From: Candidatus Fraserbacteria bacterium
Lineage (GTDB): Bacteria > Bipolaricaulota > Bipolaricaulia > RBG-16-55-9 > DRXL01
DNA: 64,000 bases
Direction of reading: 5' to 3'
NCBI GenBank assembly: GCA_947085185.1
Contig: CAMTVK010000007.1
Span: forward strand, 1-64,000
Positions 29,279 to 39,985 of the stretch are shown here, piece after piece; the first letter of the stretch is position 1, and each line of letters opens with the position of its first letter. Position numbers and translations under genes: made by a program. The notes under the pieces are model-generated. The model saw only the letters and a list, made by a program, of their open reading frames with translations, made no database searches and was not told the origin of the DNA.

Positions 29279-30178
29279 GATGCGCGATACTTCGTCTATC
29301 AGTTGGCCTTGAGACTTCCCTGTGGCATCCACCCAGTGGACGCCCGGCTCGCGCTTAAAATAAATTATTTGACGCTTGGCGTATTCGCGCGTGTGCTTTT
29401 TGATCAATCTCACGGCTTCGTCGTACGAGATCTCCCCGTCGAGATACTGAAAGAGCTCTTCATAGCCGATCGTTCTGTATGCGGGCATCTCTGGTGTGAG
29501 CTTAGCTCTGAGCGCTTTCGCTTCTTCCAAGAGTCCTTGGGCGAGCATTTGATCAACGCGAGCGTTGATGCGTTCATAGAGAATTTTTCGGTCGAGTGTG
29601 AGCCCGATCTTTGTAAATTTATATGGGAACGGGATTTTAGATTCTTTGTGCCATCGACTGATGGGCACTCCTGTCAGCTCGAAGACTTCCAACGCGCGCA
29701 CGGTGCGGACTTTGTCGTTGGGGTGGATGCGCTGGGCGGCTTGCGGATCAATCTCTTCAAGGCGCTTTCGCAGGAGCTCTTGAGGGTGGGCTTCCAAGCG
29801 CTGGCGTATGCGGGGATCGGCCTTGGGACCGGCAAAGAACGTCCCCGTCAGCGCAGAGATATAGAGCGTGCTCCCCCCTACGACGATGGGCAGCTTCCCC
29901 CGCGCGCGAATGGCTTCGAGCGCTGTGAGGGCGTCATGTCGGAATTGCATCACGTCGTAGCGCTGCGTGGGCTCGAGAAAATCTATGAGATGATGCGGAA
30001 CACGCTCGCGCAGGTGGAGGGGGGGTTTGGCCGTCCCGATAGTGAGCTCTTTATAGATCGCACGAGCGTCAGCGGAGATGATCTCGCCATCGAGGCGTTG
30101 GGCGAGCGCGACGGCCAGCTCCGATTTGCCCGTGGCAGTCGGCCCAAGGATCAAGACAGAAGACTGCTCACTCTTCAC
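29237..30178 (-). CDS. miaA: tRNA dimethylallyltransferase
   Basis: [21 protein letters not shown] and YAKRQ. Confidence 0.95.
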   Translation of the reverse strand: MKSEQSSVLILGPTATGKSELAVALAQRLDGEIISADARAIYKELTIGTAKPPLHLRERVPHHLIDFLEPTQRYDVMQFRHDALTALEAIRARGKLPIVVGGSTLYISALTGTFFAGPKADPRIRQRLEAHPQELLRKRLEEIDPQAAQRIHPNDKVRTVRALEVFELTGVPISRWHKESKIPFPYKFTKIGLTLDRKILYERINARVDQMLAQGLLEEAKALRAKLTPEMPAYRTIGYEELFQYLDGEISYDEAVRLIKKHTREYAKRQIIYFKREPGVHWVDATGKSQGQLIDEVSRILKELGYPVQDLAS

Positions 30179-31178
30179 TCATCAGGAGCTGTCGGAATTT
30201 TTGCAGCTCTTCTTTTCGTGTGGGATGCTTCAGCTTCTCTAAGGCTTTGATCTCGATCTGGCGCACTCGCTCGCGCGTGATATTGAAGACCCTCGCGACG
30301 TCCTTGAGCGTGCGCGGATGCCCGTCATCGAGACCATAGCGTAACCTGAGAATATCTTTCTCCCGCTCGGTCAGCTGATCGAGCGCTCGGCCAAGCTCCT
30401 CGACCAAAAACATTCGGTAGGTCTCTCTGGTGGGCGAAGGAGCGTCCTTGTCTTCTATGAAATCACCAAGGGTATCTTCTTCGTCCTCGCCGACGGGGCG
30501 CTCCAGCGACGTCGTGTACTGAGAGACGTTTTCTACTTGCTTGATCTTCTCTTCGGGGATGCCTAACTCGCTTGAGAGCGACTGCAAGTCTGGCGCGGCC
30601 CCGTGCTCTTGAAGGTGCTCCTTCTTGAGGCGCTGCAGTTCTCGAACCGTCTCGATCATGTGCACGGGAATCCGGATCGTCCTGGATTGATCAGCGATCG
30701 CCCGCGTGATCGCCTGGCGGATCCACCATGTCGCGTACGTGCTGAACTTAAAGCCCTTGCTCGGGTCGAACTTCTCCACCGCGCGCATCAATCCCAGATT
30801 GCCCTCTTGAATGAGATCTAAAAACGAGAGCCCACGGCCCATATATTTCTTGGCGATCGAGACCACCAGGCGCAAATTGGCCGTGATCAGCGCATCGCGG
30901 GCGCCCTTCTCCCCAGCCACGACCCGACTGGCTAATTCCACCTCTTGCTCCCGAGAGAGCAAACTGATCTTGCCGATCTCATGTAGGTACATCTTGACGG
31001 GGTCAGAAGAAGGCTCAACGCCTAGGGCTTCGCCGTCTTCTTCGAAGTCTTCGTCGGCCTCTTCTTCGAACTGCTCTTCGAGCTCCTCTTCAGTGAACTC
31101 CGGGATGTCGTAGATCGCGGCGTCATCGGGGACGCCGTTGGAAGAGAACTCGTGCTCCAACCCTCTGCTGATGTTCAC
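30168..31178 (-). CDS. sigA: Primary sigma70 factor
   Basis: [36 protein letters not shown] and TRERVRQIE; lies downstream of dnaG. Confidence 0.95.
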   Translation of the reverse strand: MNISRGLEHEFSSNGVPDDAAIYDIPEFTEEELEEQFEEEADEDFEEDGEALGVEPSSDPVKMYLHEIGKISLLSREQEVELASRVVAGEKGARDALITANLRLVVSIAKKYMGRGLSFLDLIQEGNLGLMRAVEKFDPSKGFKFSTYATWWIRQAITRAIADQSRTIRIPVHMIETVRELQRLKKEHLQEHGAAPDLQSLSSELGIPEEKIKQVENVSQYTTSLERPVGEDEEDTLGDFIEDKDAPSPTRETYRMFLVEELGRALDQLTEREKDILRLRYGLDDGHPRTLKDVARVFNITRERVRQIEIKALEKLKHPTRKEELQKFRQLLMSEE

Positions 31179-31181
31179 ACA

Positions 31182-32894
31182 CTACCTCCTTCCCCCGTGG
31201 AGGAGTTGCTGTTGCTGGTGGACTAGCTCTGCTTGAAGGCGCCATACCCTCTCTCGATCCCCCGCGCGCTCGGCAGCACGCACCTCCTCGCGCAGCCGCG
31301 CGATCCGCTCTTCGACCCGCACCGCTCTCAGTCGCCACGGTGCCTCAGCGAGGGCCCGAGACCGATCACTCTCTTTCAAGGGCGGCTGCATCAACACCAG
31401 CCGCCGCACCGTTACTTGGTCCTCAGCCGAGAGCTTCTCCACAAGCTCTTCGACTCTCCACCCCTCACTCAGTTCCCAGAGCGCTCGGGCGATCTCAGGG
31501 TACCGAGTAAAGTCCTGCACGTCCAGGTGCTCGCGGAGCCGGTCCAGCGGCAGTTCCCCCTGGAGCACAAAGTACAACACTTGCTCTTCCGGTCCCCAGG
31601 CGGACTCTTCTGCCACAGGCGCGGTCATTATACCCACTCGCTTGCCGGATTTCACGGCCCGTGCGACCTCTTCCTCGGGTAAGTTGAGCACCCGCCCAAG
31701 CTCCCGAATGATCTCATGCCGCACGGCCACACTGGCCAACATCGGCAAAAACTCCCTCACACTCTGCAAAATCTTCTCTTGCCCCGCAACCGTCCGCACC
31801 GGCTGGCCTTCTAAGACGCTCTGCAGATAGAACTCATGAAAGGGGATCGCTTGGGCTATGACCTGAAGAAAGGCCTCGCCCCCACGAGCACGCACCAGGC
31901 TATCAGGGTCGTGTCCCGGAGGCAGCACGGCCACGGAGACGTCGAGCTCGGCGTTGCGCAAGTGAGCCAAGCCGCGCAGGGTCGCTGCTCGCCCTGCCGC
32001 ATCGTGATCATACGCCAAGATGACTCGCGACGCGTAGCGTCGCAGCAGCTGAGCCTGCTGAGCGGTCAGGGCCGTCCCCATGCCCGCGACGACGTGCTCG
32101 ATGCCCGCTTGATGGGCGCTGATGACGTCGGTGTAGCCCTCAACGATAATGAGAGTTTCGCAGGCGCGCACGGCCTGGCGCGCGAAGTTCAGCCCATACA
32201 GCACAGACCCTTTCTCAAAGAGCGGGGTGTTGGAGATATTCAGATACTTCGGCTCTTCTTCCGCCAGAGCTCGCCCCGCAAAACCGATCATATCTCCTGC
32301 TGGCGACCAGATGGGAAAGATCAGACGATCGCGAAAGCGATCGTAGAGTGAGCCGTCTTTGCCGCGCAGGGCCAAGCCGAGCGTCTCGAGGGCTTCTGCA
32401 TATTCAGAGAATTTTTTCACCACATCATCCCAGCGGGGCAGGGCATAGCCCAGTCTGAATCTCTCGAGCATATCTTTGGAGAAGCCGCGCTGCTTGAGAT
32501 ATTCGCGCGCCTTCTGGCCCGCGGGGCTCACAAGATTCGTCTGAAAATAGAGACAGACGCGCTCATTGAGCTCTATGAGCTTTCGCAGGGGAGAAGCCTG
32601 CTCGCGCCGGATTGGCACACCCGTCTGGGCCGCCAGCCGCGCCAGCGCCTCCCCAAAATCAATGCGCTCGATCTTCATCAAAAACTGAAAGAGATCGCCG
32701 CCCTCGTTGCAGCCGAAACAGTGAAAGAGTTTTTTATCGGGGCTGACCGTAAAACTTGGCGTCTTATCTTGGTGGAACGGGCATAAGCCAATATAATTCT
32801 TCCCGGCCCTCTTGAGCGTGACATAGCGCGACACGATCTCAAGCATATCTGCACGTTCACGAATGAGCTCAATCTCGTCGCGATGGGCCATCAT
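31182..32894 (-). CDS. dnaG: DNA primase
   Basis: CPFH...CFGC zinc finger, KYLN, EGYTD and TOPRIM DHDAAG. Confidence 0.96.
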   Translation of the reverse strand: MMAHRDEIELIRERADMLEIVSRYVTLKRAGKNYIGLCPFHQDKTPSFTVSPDKKLFHCFGCNEGGDLFQFLMKIERIDFGEALARLAAQTGVPIRREQASPLRKLIELNERVCLYFQTNLVSPAGQKAREYLKQRGFSKDMLERFRLGYALPRWDDVVKKFSEYAEALETLGLALRGKDGSLYDRFRDRLIFPIWSPAGDMIGFAGRALAEEEPKYLNISNTPLFEKGSVLYGLNFARQAVRACETLIIVEGYTDVISAHQAGIEHVVAGMGTALTAQQAQLLRRYASRVILAYDHDAAGRAATLRGLAHLRNAELDVSVAVLPPGHDPDSLVRARGGEAFLQVIAQAIPFHEFYLQSVLEGQPVRTVAGQEKILQSVREFLPMLASVAVRHEIIRELGRVLNLPEEEVARAVKSGKRVGIMTAPVAEESAWGPEEQVLYFVLQGELPLDRLREHLDVQDFTRYPEIARALWELSEGWRVEELVEKLSAEDQVTVRRLVLMQPPLKESDRSRALAEAPWRLRAVRVEERIARLREEVRAAERAGDRERVWRLQAELVHQQQQLLHGGRR

Positions 32895-33499
32895 ATCCCT
32901 CCCACAAGACTCTCAAGATCTTGCAAGAACGGGTTGGTCCAGCGCTCGACGGAGAGCTGTGTCACCGGGCCATGCCCAGGGTAGATCGTATAATCCCCAG
33001 GGAGCTCTAAGACCCTCTTGAGCGAGCGGACCATCTGTGATGGGTTGCCCCCGGGGAAATCCGTGCGCCCGATGCTGCCGGCAAAGAGCAAGTCCCCAGT
33101 GAAAAGAATCTTCTCGCTTTCGACCTTGAAGACGACGCTCCCGGGCGAGTGCCCCGGCGTGTGCCAGACCTCAAAGAGCACCCCATTGAGCGCGATGGTC
33201 TGCCCTTCGGTAAGATAGCCGTCGGGCTCAACTCTTTGAGACATAAAATAGTCGAAGATCGGCCGGTCGTCAGGGTGAAAGAGCAGCTTGGCTCCGCAGC
33301 GTTTGCGCAGAAACTCATCGCCCCCGATGTGATCTGGATGGCAGTGCGTGTTGAGAATATAGAGAATCTTCGAATCTCCGAGCAGTTCCAAAAGCTGAGG
33401 GCTCTCCTCGCCGGGATCAATGACTACGCCCACGTCATCGCAGATGACGACGTAGCAATTCGACCGATATTCGCTCAGGACGATGCTGTGAATCTTCAT
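32891..33499 (-). CDS. MBL-fold metallo-hydrolase (glyoxalase II-like)
   Basis: THCHPDH, PGHSPG, TGD and PGHG motifs. Confidence 0.9.
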   Translation of the reverse strand: MKIHSIVLSEYRSNCYVVICDDVGVVIDPGEESPQLLELLGDSKILYILNTHCHPDHIGGDEFLRKRCGAKLLFHPDDRPIFDYFMSQRVEPDGYLTEGQTIALNGVLFEVWHTPGHSPGSVVFKVESEKILFTGDLLFAGSIGRTDFPGGNPSQMVRSLKRVLELPGDYTIYPGHGPVTQLSVERWTNPFLQDLESLVGGI

Positions 33500-33510
33500 A
33501 CGCGCTCACG

Positions 33511-34242
33511 CTATGCTAGCGATGACGCCCGCGCGACGGTGAGCCCGTAGACTCTCGCGATCCCACTCTCTTTTAAGATCTGGCCACACTCGGTCAGCGT
33601 CGCGCCGGTGGTGCAGACGTCATCCACTATGAGAATACTAGCGCACGGGACAGATTTTGCAAGTCGGAACGCCCCGCGGATGTTCTCCCGACGCGCCTCA
33701 TGAGGGAGGCTCGCTTGGGGATGAGTCTGTCTCGTTTTTTCTACTGTGCGCACCACGGGGATTCCCCAGAGCTTTCCCAGCTCACGGGCCAAGAGTTCTG
33801 CGTGGTTGAAGCCGCGCCGGCGCTCGTCCTTGGGAGTCATCGGCACAAACGTGATCTGCTCGACCAGCGGGCGCAGCGTCTGCCCCGCCCCATCGAGATA
33901 CGTTGCCAGCAGAGGCGCAAGGGCGCGCTCGCCCCCGTACTTAAAAATCTTTATCAGAGTGCTCAGCACGTGATCGGGGTCCTCGCGCTCCTCGTACCAG
34001 CCAAAAGCGCGTATTTCCTCAAGAATGGGCGCACTCTGGGCACACGAGGGACACAGATCGAGCCCCTCCAGCAAGGGGACGCCGCAGCGACAGACGCGGC
34101 TCTGATCTATACGCTCGATCTTGCTCTCGCAGGCGGTGCATAAAAAAGCTCGCTCGCCCTCGGGGAAGGGCGCGGCGCAGGCCGCACAATGCGGCGGATA
34201 GAAGAGATCAAGTACAGCATACGCCAGGGTTCTCGAGCGCAT
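33511..34242 (-). CDS. comF: ComF/GntX family protein (zinc ribbon + PRTase)
   Basis: CxxC pairs, RRRGFNH and VDDVCTTGAT. Confidence 0.9.
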   Translation of the reverse strand: MRSRTLAYAVLDLFYPPHCAACAAPFPEGERAFLCTACESKIERIDQSRVCRCGVPLLEGLDLCPSCAQSAPILEEIRAFGWYEEREDPDHVLSTLIKIFKYGGERALAPLLATYLDGAGQTLRPLVEQITFVPMTPKDERRRGFNHAELLARELGKLWGIPVVRTVEKTRQTHPQASLPHEARRENIRGAFRLAKSVPCASILIVDDVCTTGATLTECGQILKESGIARVYGLTVARASSLA

Positions 34243-34255
34243 ACCCTGCCTCCTC

Positions 34256-34648
34256 CTAAAAGAGCGAGCCGCGTACCGCGTAGATGCCCAAGAGCACCAA
34301 GAGCAGGCTTATAAGATACGCTAAGAGCTGAACATACTGGCGACGACGGTCGTCGGAGAGCCGTCGCGCCAGGACCACCCCAAGATGGACGCTGAGGGCC
34401 GCCCCCAACATCAGCGCAGGGTGCCAGAGCGTAGGACGGGTCTCAGGCGCTAGCACAAAGAAGATCACCAGCCCCAAGAGAATCTGGAGGTCCATCACCC
34501 CAGCAGAGAGCGCCCCCCACAGACGGTCGAGCTTCGTGTACGATGGTGAGCTCAGCCAGGCCCAGCCCGCTCGTCCAATCCCTAAAGCTATCAAGGCGAG
34601 CACCATCCAGTACACCCCCTCATGCGCTTTGATGAGTATCTCAATCAT
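34256..34648 (-). CDS. Small 4-TM membrane protein with His residues
   Basis: ATG 34648 overlaps the gap stop (ATGA); DLQILLG..WHP pattern. Confidence 0.7.
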   Translation of the reverse strand: MIEILIKAHEGVYWMVLALIALGIGRAGWAWLSSPSYTKLDRLWGALSAGVMDLQILLGLVIFFVLAPETRPTLWHPALMLGAALSVHLGVVLARRLSDDRRRQYVQLLAYLISLLLVLLGIYAVRGSLF

Positions 34649-35637
34649 AGATATTTGACGAGATCGACAAGCCGCGCCGAATACCCCCACTCGTTATCGT
34701 AGAACGCCACGATCTTGGCCAAGCTCTTCTCTAGCACTTTGGTCGAGCTCAGGTCAACGATCGCTGAGTGTGGGTCACCGATGCAATCGCTGGAGACCAA
34801 GGGCCACGTCGAGACCGCCAAGATATGCTTCATCGGCCCGTCGGCGTAGCGCGTGAACGTCTCATTGAGCTGCTCAACTGTGACGCTTCTTTCTAATTCG
34901 GCGACTAGATCGGTCACCGAGCCTGTAGCGACGGGCACCCGGAAGGCCATGCCGTCGAGCTTTCCCTTCAGTTCTGGGATCACCAACCCGATGGCGCTGG
35001 CAGCCCCTGTTGTCGTAGGGATGATATTGATCGCGGCGGCGCGGCCCTCGACCATATCTGTGTTGCTGCCGTCTACTAAGTTCTGGCTGGCCGTGTAGGC
35101 GTGCACCGTCGTCATGAACCCCCTCTTGATCCCGAACTCCTTGTGCAGAATATACGCAATGGGAGCGAGACAGTTCGTGGTACACGAGGCCGCCGAAACG
35201 ATCGTGTGCTTGGCTCTATTATAGATGTTTTCGTTGACCCCCCAGACGATCGTGGGGATATCGCCTTTGGCCGGTGCAGAGATTAAGACTCTCTGAGCGC
35301 CCGCTTGCAGATGCTTTCCGGCTTTTTGGGCGTCGCGAAAGACCCCCGTTGCTTCTACAACGACGTCGACTTTCAGCTCGCCCCAGGGGAGCTTGGCGGG
35401 GTCTTCGACCTGCAAGAGTACAATCTTCTCACCGTCTACAGCGATACAATCTTCGCCGAAGGTCACATCGCCCTCGAAGCGCCCGTAGACCGAATCGTAC
35501 TTGCAGAGATACGCAGCTTGCTCAGGGGTTTGCGACCGAACGTTGATCGCGACGACTTCGATCTGAGGGTCTTGGTGCGCGATCCGGAAGAACGTGCGCG
35601 CGGTGCGCCCAAACCCGTTGAGGGCGACACGGATCAT
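34645..35637 (-). CDS. gap: Type I glyceraldehyde-3-phosphate dehydrogenase
   Basis: NGFGR, ASCTTNC, TTGAA and YDNEWGY. Confidence 0.95.
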   Translation of the reverse strand: MIRVALNGFGRTARTFFRIAHQDPQIEVVAINVRSQTPEQAAYLCKYDSVYGRFEGDVTFGEDCIAVDGEKIVLLQVEDPAKLPWGELKVDVVVEATGVFRDAQKAGKHLQAGAQRVLISAPAKGDIPTIVWGVNENIYNRAKHTIVSAASCTTNCLAPIAYILHKEFGIKRGFMTTVHAYTASQNLVDGSNTDMVEGRAAAINIIPTTTGAASAIGLVIPELKGKLDGMAFRVPVATGSVTDLVAELERSVTVEQLNETFTRYADGPMKHILAVSTWPLVSSDCIGDPHSAIVDLSSTKVLEKSLAKIVAFYDNEWGYSARLVDLVKYL

Positions 35638-35656
35638 GTGAGCCTCCTTCAGATTT

Positions 35657-36265
35657 TTATATGAGTTTCAGCTCTTTGAGCACGTCGAGCACGCGCGGCA
35701 GGGGCCGCTGCCACAGCCACTCGACCTTCAGCCAAAATCCGGGAATTACTTCGGAGCGATAGATGCCCTGAGCGTCAGGAGAGATCAATTCGTATCTGTG
35801 TTGTTTGTTGAGACGATAGAACTCGGCGTGCTGGCGGTCGGGATCAATGAGCCAATACTCCCGCACGCCGGCGGCCTCGTATTCGTAATACTTTTCGCCG
35901 CGATCGCGCGGGCCGCTCTCCGGCGAGACGATCTCGATCACGACGTCCGCTGGGCCGTCAAGATAAGTCTCTCTCAGTCTGTCTGAATGCTCCTTAGCGA
36001 CGAAGAGCACGTCCGGCTCCCGCCCACGATGCAGCTTGGCCAAGTGCATCTGAAAGGGAGCACTCACGACTTCGCCCACATCATATCGTTCTACATAGTG
36101 ACGCAGAAGAACCAAAAGAAAGTTACCAATACGCTGATGCGGCAATGACGCCGGTGAGACCATAACCACCTCCCCATCCACCCATTCCGCCCATGTATCT
36201 TCGGTGCACCACGCCAAAAACTCCTCGTAGGTCATCTTCTGTGTTGGCGCTTCGATCTGGGCCAT
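35657..36265 (-). CDS. Uma2 family endonuclease
   Basis: EWVDG, EPDV, IEIVSP and K..EY...GVREYWLID motifs. Confidence 0.92.
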   Translation of the reverse strand: MAQIEAPTQKMTYEEFLAWCTEDTWAEWVDGEVVMVSPASLPHQRIGNFLLVLLRHYVERYDVGEVVSAPFQMHLAKLHRGREPDVLFVAKEHSDRLRETYLDGPADVVIEIVSPESGPRDRGEKYYEYEAAGVREYWLIDPDRQHAEFYRLNKQHRYELISPDAQGIYRSEVIPGFWLKVEWLWQRPLPRVLDVLKELKLI

Positions 36266-36269
36266 GCGT

Positions 36270-36839
36270 TCACCCCCTCGCCACCATCTCCAGAAAATAT
36301 TTGTGCACTCTGGGATCGCCTGTCAATTCGGGATGGAAGCTGCTTGCCAAAAGATTTCTCTGGCTCACCAGCACGGGAGCGCCATCATGCTCTGCTAAGA
36401 TTTCGACGGCTGATCCCACGCGCACGATCTTGGGAGCCCGAATGAAGATCGCGTGAAACGGCCCAATATGCTTGATCTGAAGATCAGCTTCGAAGCTGTC
36501 GCGCTGTCGTCCATAGGCGTTTCGCTTTACTGAGATGTCCATCAAAGCTAAGCGATTCTCCGGATAGGAATCGTTCAGTTCGCGCGCTAAGAGAATCATT
36601 CCCGCACACGTCCCATAGATGGGGAAGCCCCGCGCGCCGCGCTCGCGTAAGACCGAGAGCATCCCTGTCTTCTCCAACAGATACGCTATCGTCGTGCTCT
36701 CGCCCCCGGGGATGATCAAGCCGTCGATCTCGTCGAGCTGAGAGCGCGTGCGCACATCGAGGGCGTCCACTCCCAGCGAGCGCAAGACGCTCAAGTGTTC
36801 GCGAAAATCCCCTTGCAAGCCGAGCACTCCAATGCGCAT
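36270..36839 (-). CDS. pdxT: PLP synthase glutaminase subunit
   Basis: GVLGLQG, PGGEST, GTCAG and FHPE; start at MRIG (36839). Confidence 0.95.
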   Translation of the reverse strand: MRIGVLGLQGDFREHLSVLRSLGVDALDVRTRSQLDEIDGLIIPGGESTTIAYLLEKTGMLSVLRERGARGFPIYGTCAGMILLARELNDSYPENRLALMDISVKRNAYGRQRDSFEADLQIKHIGPFHAIFIRAPKIVRVGSAVEILAEHDGAPVLVSQRNLLASSFHPELTGDPRVHKYFLEMVARG

Positions 36840-36843
36840 GGCG

Positions 36844-37731
36844 TCAGTTCCCACGCACTTGCAGAAGCTCCCTCTCGCTGAGCTGAGCCGCGCTGATGCT
36901 GCGCATCGGCTCACCCAAGCCCTCGGAGACTTCTGCCAAGACCTTGGGGTCAGTATAGTACGTCGTGGCTAAGACGATGGCGCGCGCGCGTCTTTCTGGG
37001 TCTTCAGACTTAAAAATCCCTGAGCCGACAAAGATCCCATCGCACCCCAGCTGCATCATCAGGGCAGCATCCGCAGGGGTGGCGATCCCTCCCGCAGCGA
37101 AGTTGACCACCGGGAGCCGTCCCATCTCTTTAATGAGTCTCAAAACCTCGACAGGCGCGCCCCACTCCTTGCCCAATGAGACCAACTCTTCATCGGAGGC
37201 CTGACGCACGAGGCGCATCTGTTTATTCATCAAGCGCATATGGCGAACAGCTTCGATGACATCGCCGGTGCCGGCCTCGCCCTTGGTTCGGATCATCGCG
37301 GCGCCCTCAGCAATGCGCCGACACGCTTCGGGAAGATCGCGCGCCCCGCAGACGAACGGCACTTTGAATCGCCATTTGTCTATATGATTCTCAGGGTCAG
37401 CCGGCGTGAGCACCTCAGATTCATCAATATAGTCCACGCCCAGAGCTTCGAGAATTTGAGCTTCGACGAAGTGTCCGATGCGGCACTTGGCCATGACAGG
37501 GATCGTGACCGCGTCCATAATCTCTTTAATTTTTTTGGGGTCCGCCATGCGAGCTACGCCCCCAGCAGCGCGAATGTCCGCGGGGACGCGCTCCAGCGCC
37601 ATCACGGCCACAGCACCGGCCTTTTCGGCGATCACGGCTTGCTCCGCGTTGACCACGTCCATGATGACGCCACCTTTGAGCATCTCTGCCAGCCCAGACT
37701 TGACCTTAAACGTCCCGGTGAGTCGTTCCAT
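36844..37731 (-). CDS. pdxS: PLP synthase lyase subunit
   Basis: [18 protein letters not shown] and [16 protein letters not shown] before ATG 37731. Confidence 0.97.
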   Translation of the reverse strand: MERLTGTFKVKSGLAEMLKGGVIMDVVNAEQAVIAEKAGAVAVMALERVPADIRAAGGVARMADPKKIKEIMDAVTIPVMAKCRIGHFVEAQILEALGVDYIDESEVLTPADPENHIDKWRFKVPFVCGARDLPEACRRIAEGAAMIRTKGEAGTGDVIEAVRHMRLMNKQMRLVRQASDEELVSLGKEWGAPVEVLRLIKEMGRLPVVNFAAGGIATPADAALMMQLGCDGIFVGSGIFKSEDPERRARAIVLATTYYTDPKVLAEVSEGLGEPMRSISAAQLSERELLQVRGN

Positions 37732-37949
37732 AAGCCCTCCCTTCAAGAGAGTATCAGCTCCATTATACTGGGGCTATAGGAAGACGCAAGGCTCTTTGAG
37801 CGGGGCGCTTGCGGCAAGACAGCGCGCACGTACCCGGGCGTCGTCCCCATCCCCACGGGACAGGCGTCCTTGGAAGCTCCTCAAACTGCTCACACAATAG
37901 CACCAAGCCATTGTGCTGGCAAGCCATCACACCTGGACGAGGTGAGAGG

Positions 37950-38714
37950 ATGCGTAAGATCGCGATTATCAACCAAAAAGGGGGCACAGCCAAGACGACA
38001 ACGGCCGTCAATCTCGCGGCAGCTCTAGCGCTCCACGACAGAAAAGTCTTGTTGATCGACATGGACCCGCAAGGTAACGTTGCTACCTGGTTCGACGTCG
38101 TCCCGCAGAAATCTCTGTATCATCTCCTGGTCGAGGAAATGACGACACCCCACGAATGTATTCTCCCCGTGCGCGAGAAGATAGATATCCTGCCAAGCAC
38201 CAAGACCGCCGCCCAAGCCGAGCTTATCCTCACGGGGCTGCCGGGGCGTGAGCGCGTCTTAAGCCGCAAGCTCGCGCGTCTTGCTGAGTACGACTTCGTG
38301 CTGCTGGACTGCCCACCGAGTTTGAATCTCTTAAATCAGAATGCGATCGTCTATGCTGATGAAGCGTTCATCCCCGTGAGCATGGACTATCTCGCGCTCG
38401 TCGGCGTCAGGCAGATCTTAGAGAATCTCAAGATGGTTCGGGAGATCTTAGAACATCCCATTGATGTGTCCTTGGTCATCCCGACGTTCTATGATGGGCG
38501 CAACCGCAAGAGCCGCGAAGTCTTCGACAAATTAGAGCTGCACTTCGACGGCAAAGTCACAGAGCCCATCCGCGCCAATGTCAGATTAGCCGAGGCCGCC
38601 AGCCATCATCAGACGATCTTCGAGTACGACCCCGACTCCTACGGAGCCAAAGATTATAGACGCTTAGCTGAGCGTGTGCTCAGCGAGACGAAAGTGCAGG
38701 TGATCCGGCGATGA
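37950..38714 (+). CDS. ParA/Soj family ATPase (no parB adjacent)
   Basis: NQKGGTAKTTT, DMDPQGN and DCPPSL; start at MRKI (37950). Confidence 0.93.
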   Translation: MRKIAIINQKGGTAKTTTAVNLAAALALHDRKVLLIDMDPQGNVATWFDVVPQKSLYHLLVEEMTTPHECILPVREKIDILPSTKTAAQAELILTGLPGRERVLSRKLARLAEYDFVLLDCPPSLNLLNQNAIVYADEAFIPVSMDYLALVGVRQILENLKMVREILEHPIDVSLVIPTFYDGRNRKSREVFDKLELHFDGKVTEPIRANVRLAEAASHHQTIFEYDPDSYGAKDYRRLAERVLSETKVQVIRR

Positions 38715-38971
38715 AGCCGCGACGTTCTATCGCCCACGACCCGCTCGCCGAAAGCGAGATCATGAAGGATTTTTACAGACCACCATCTCCAAAACACCCT
38801 GAAGGGCCCGCACCGGGACTCGTCAAAGCGACGTTCTATCTGGCCCCGCAGGACATCATTGCTTTAGAAGAGCTCCAGCTTTCCATTCGCAAGCGCACCG
38901 GGCGCAAAGCGAACAAGTCTGAGCTGATGCGCGAGGCCATCGCCCTGCTCGTCAAAGAGTATTCTCTGTGA
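38711..38971 (+). CDS. Small ParA partner with a probable C-terminal ribbon-helix-helix
   Basis: ATGA-coupled to ParA; basic disordered N-terminus; VKATFYL...KSELMREAI. Confidence 0.7.
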   Translation: MKPRRSIAHDPLAESEIMKDFYRPPSPKHPEGPAPGLVKATFYLAPQDIIALEELQLSIRKRTGRKANKSELMREAIALLVKEYSL

Positions 38972-38995
38972 TATGATAGGCGTGGGAGGCCCAGA

Positions 38996-39985
38996 ATGCT
39001 CGCCCTGCCCGATATCGAGAAGATCACGCTGGAGCTGGTCGCTCAAATCCCTCGGGGGAGAATCTCGACATTTCGTGAGATCGCCATCGCTCTTGGGGAC
39101 CCCATCGCTGCTCGCGCGGTCGGTTCTATCATTGCCCAGCACAGACGAGACTGCCCCAGCCATCGCGTCGTGAGCTTCGACGGCACGGTGACTCCAGAGC
39201 AAGCCCAGCTCCTCCAAGCCGAAGGGATCCCCGTCAAAGACGGCCGCGTGCTCTCTTTCACAACAGTGCTCTTCCGCGAGTTTCGCAGCGACAACCCCCT
39301 GCAAAAACTCCAAGAGATCCAACACGACATCCGCGCGCGCATGCGCTTAGTTCCCGATACGAAGGAGTATCACACAGTCGGCGGGATTGATCTCTCCTAT
39401 GCTGGGGCTTTGGGCGTCGCGGCGTACGTGCGCCTTGAACTGAACTCACTGAGAGTGCTCGATGTGCAGACGCTTGCCCAAGAGGTGCACTTCCCCTATA
39501 TCCCAAGCTATCTGGCGTTCCGTGAGCTGCCGGTGATGCTGGCGCTCCTCCAGAAGCTCAAAGAGCAGAACGCCCTGGCAGATATAACATTTGTGGACGG
39601 CACAGGGACGCTCCACCATCGCCAGGCGGGAATCGCCTCTCAGTTGGGTGTGATGCTCAATATTCCCACTATTGGGATTACGAAATCGCTCTTGCATGGC
39701 CAGCCCGAAAGAGACGTAAAGACTTTAGCGCCTGGGGAGATCTGTTTTATTGAGATCGAAGGGCGGCGGGCCGGCGCAGCAATCCGCCCCACACAAGACG
39801 CCGAGCCGTTCTTCGTCTCCCCGGGGCATCGCGTAGACTTAGAGACCGCGCTCCACTTAGCCCAGTGCACTCTCACGAGCGCCAGTCTCTTGCCGGAGCC
39901 CATCCAACATGCCCATACTGCGAGCCGCCAAAGAGCCCGGGCGTTGCAGCAACACTCTACACAATTGGAGCTGTTCAATCATTAG
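38996..39985 (+). CDS. nfi: Fusion of an alkyltransferase-like (MGMT DNA-binding) domain and endonuclease V
   Basis: IPRG...ARAVG...PSHRVV, then GIDLSY, FPYIP.YLAFRE, VDG.G.LH, SPGH and LPEP. Confidence 0.9.
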   Translation: MLALPDIEKITLELVAQIPRGRISTFREIAIALGDPIAARAVGSIIAQHRRDCPSHRVVSFDGTVTPEQAQLLQAEGIPVKDGRVLSFTTVLFREFRSDNPLQKLQEIQHDIRARMRLVPDTKEYHTVGGIDLSYAGALGVAAYVRLELNSLRVLDVQTLAQEVHFPYIPSYLAFRELPVMLALLQKLKEQNALADITFVDGTGTLHHRQAGIASQLGVMLNIPTIGITKSLLHGQPERDVKTLAPGEICFIEIEGRRAGAAIRPTQDAEPFFVSPGHRVDLETALHLAQCTLTSASLLPEPIQHAHTASRQRARALQQHSTQLELFNH

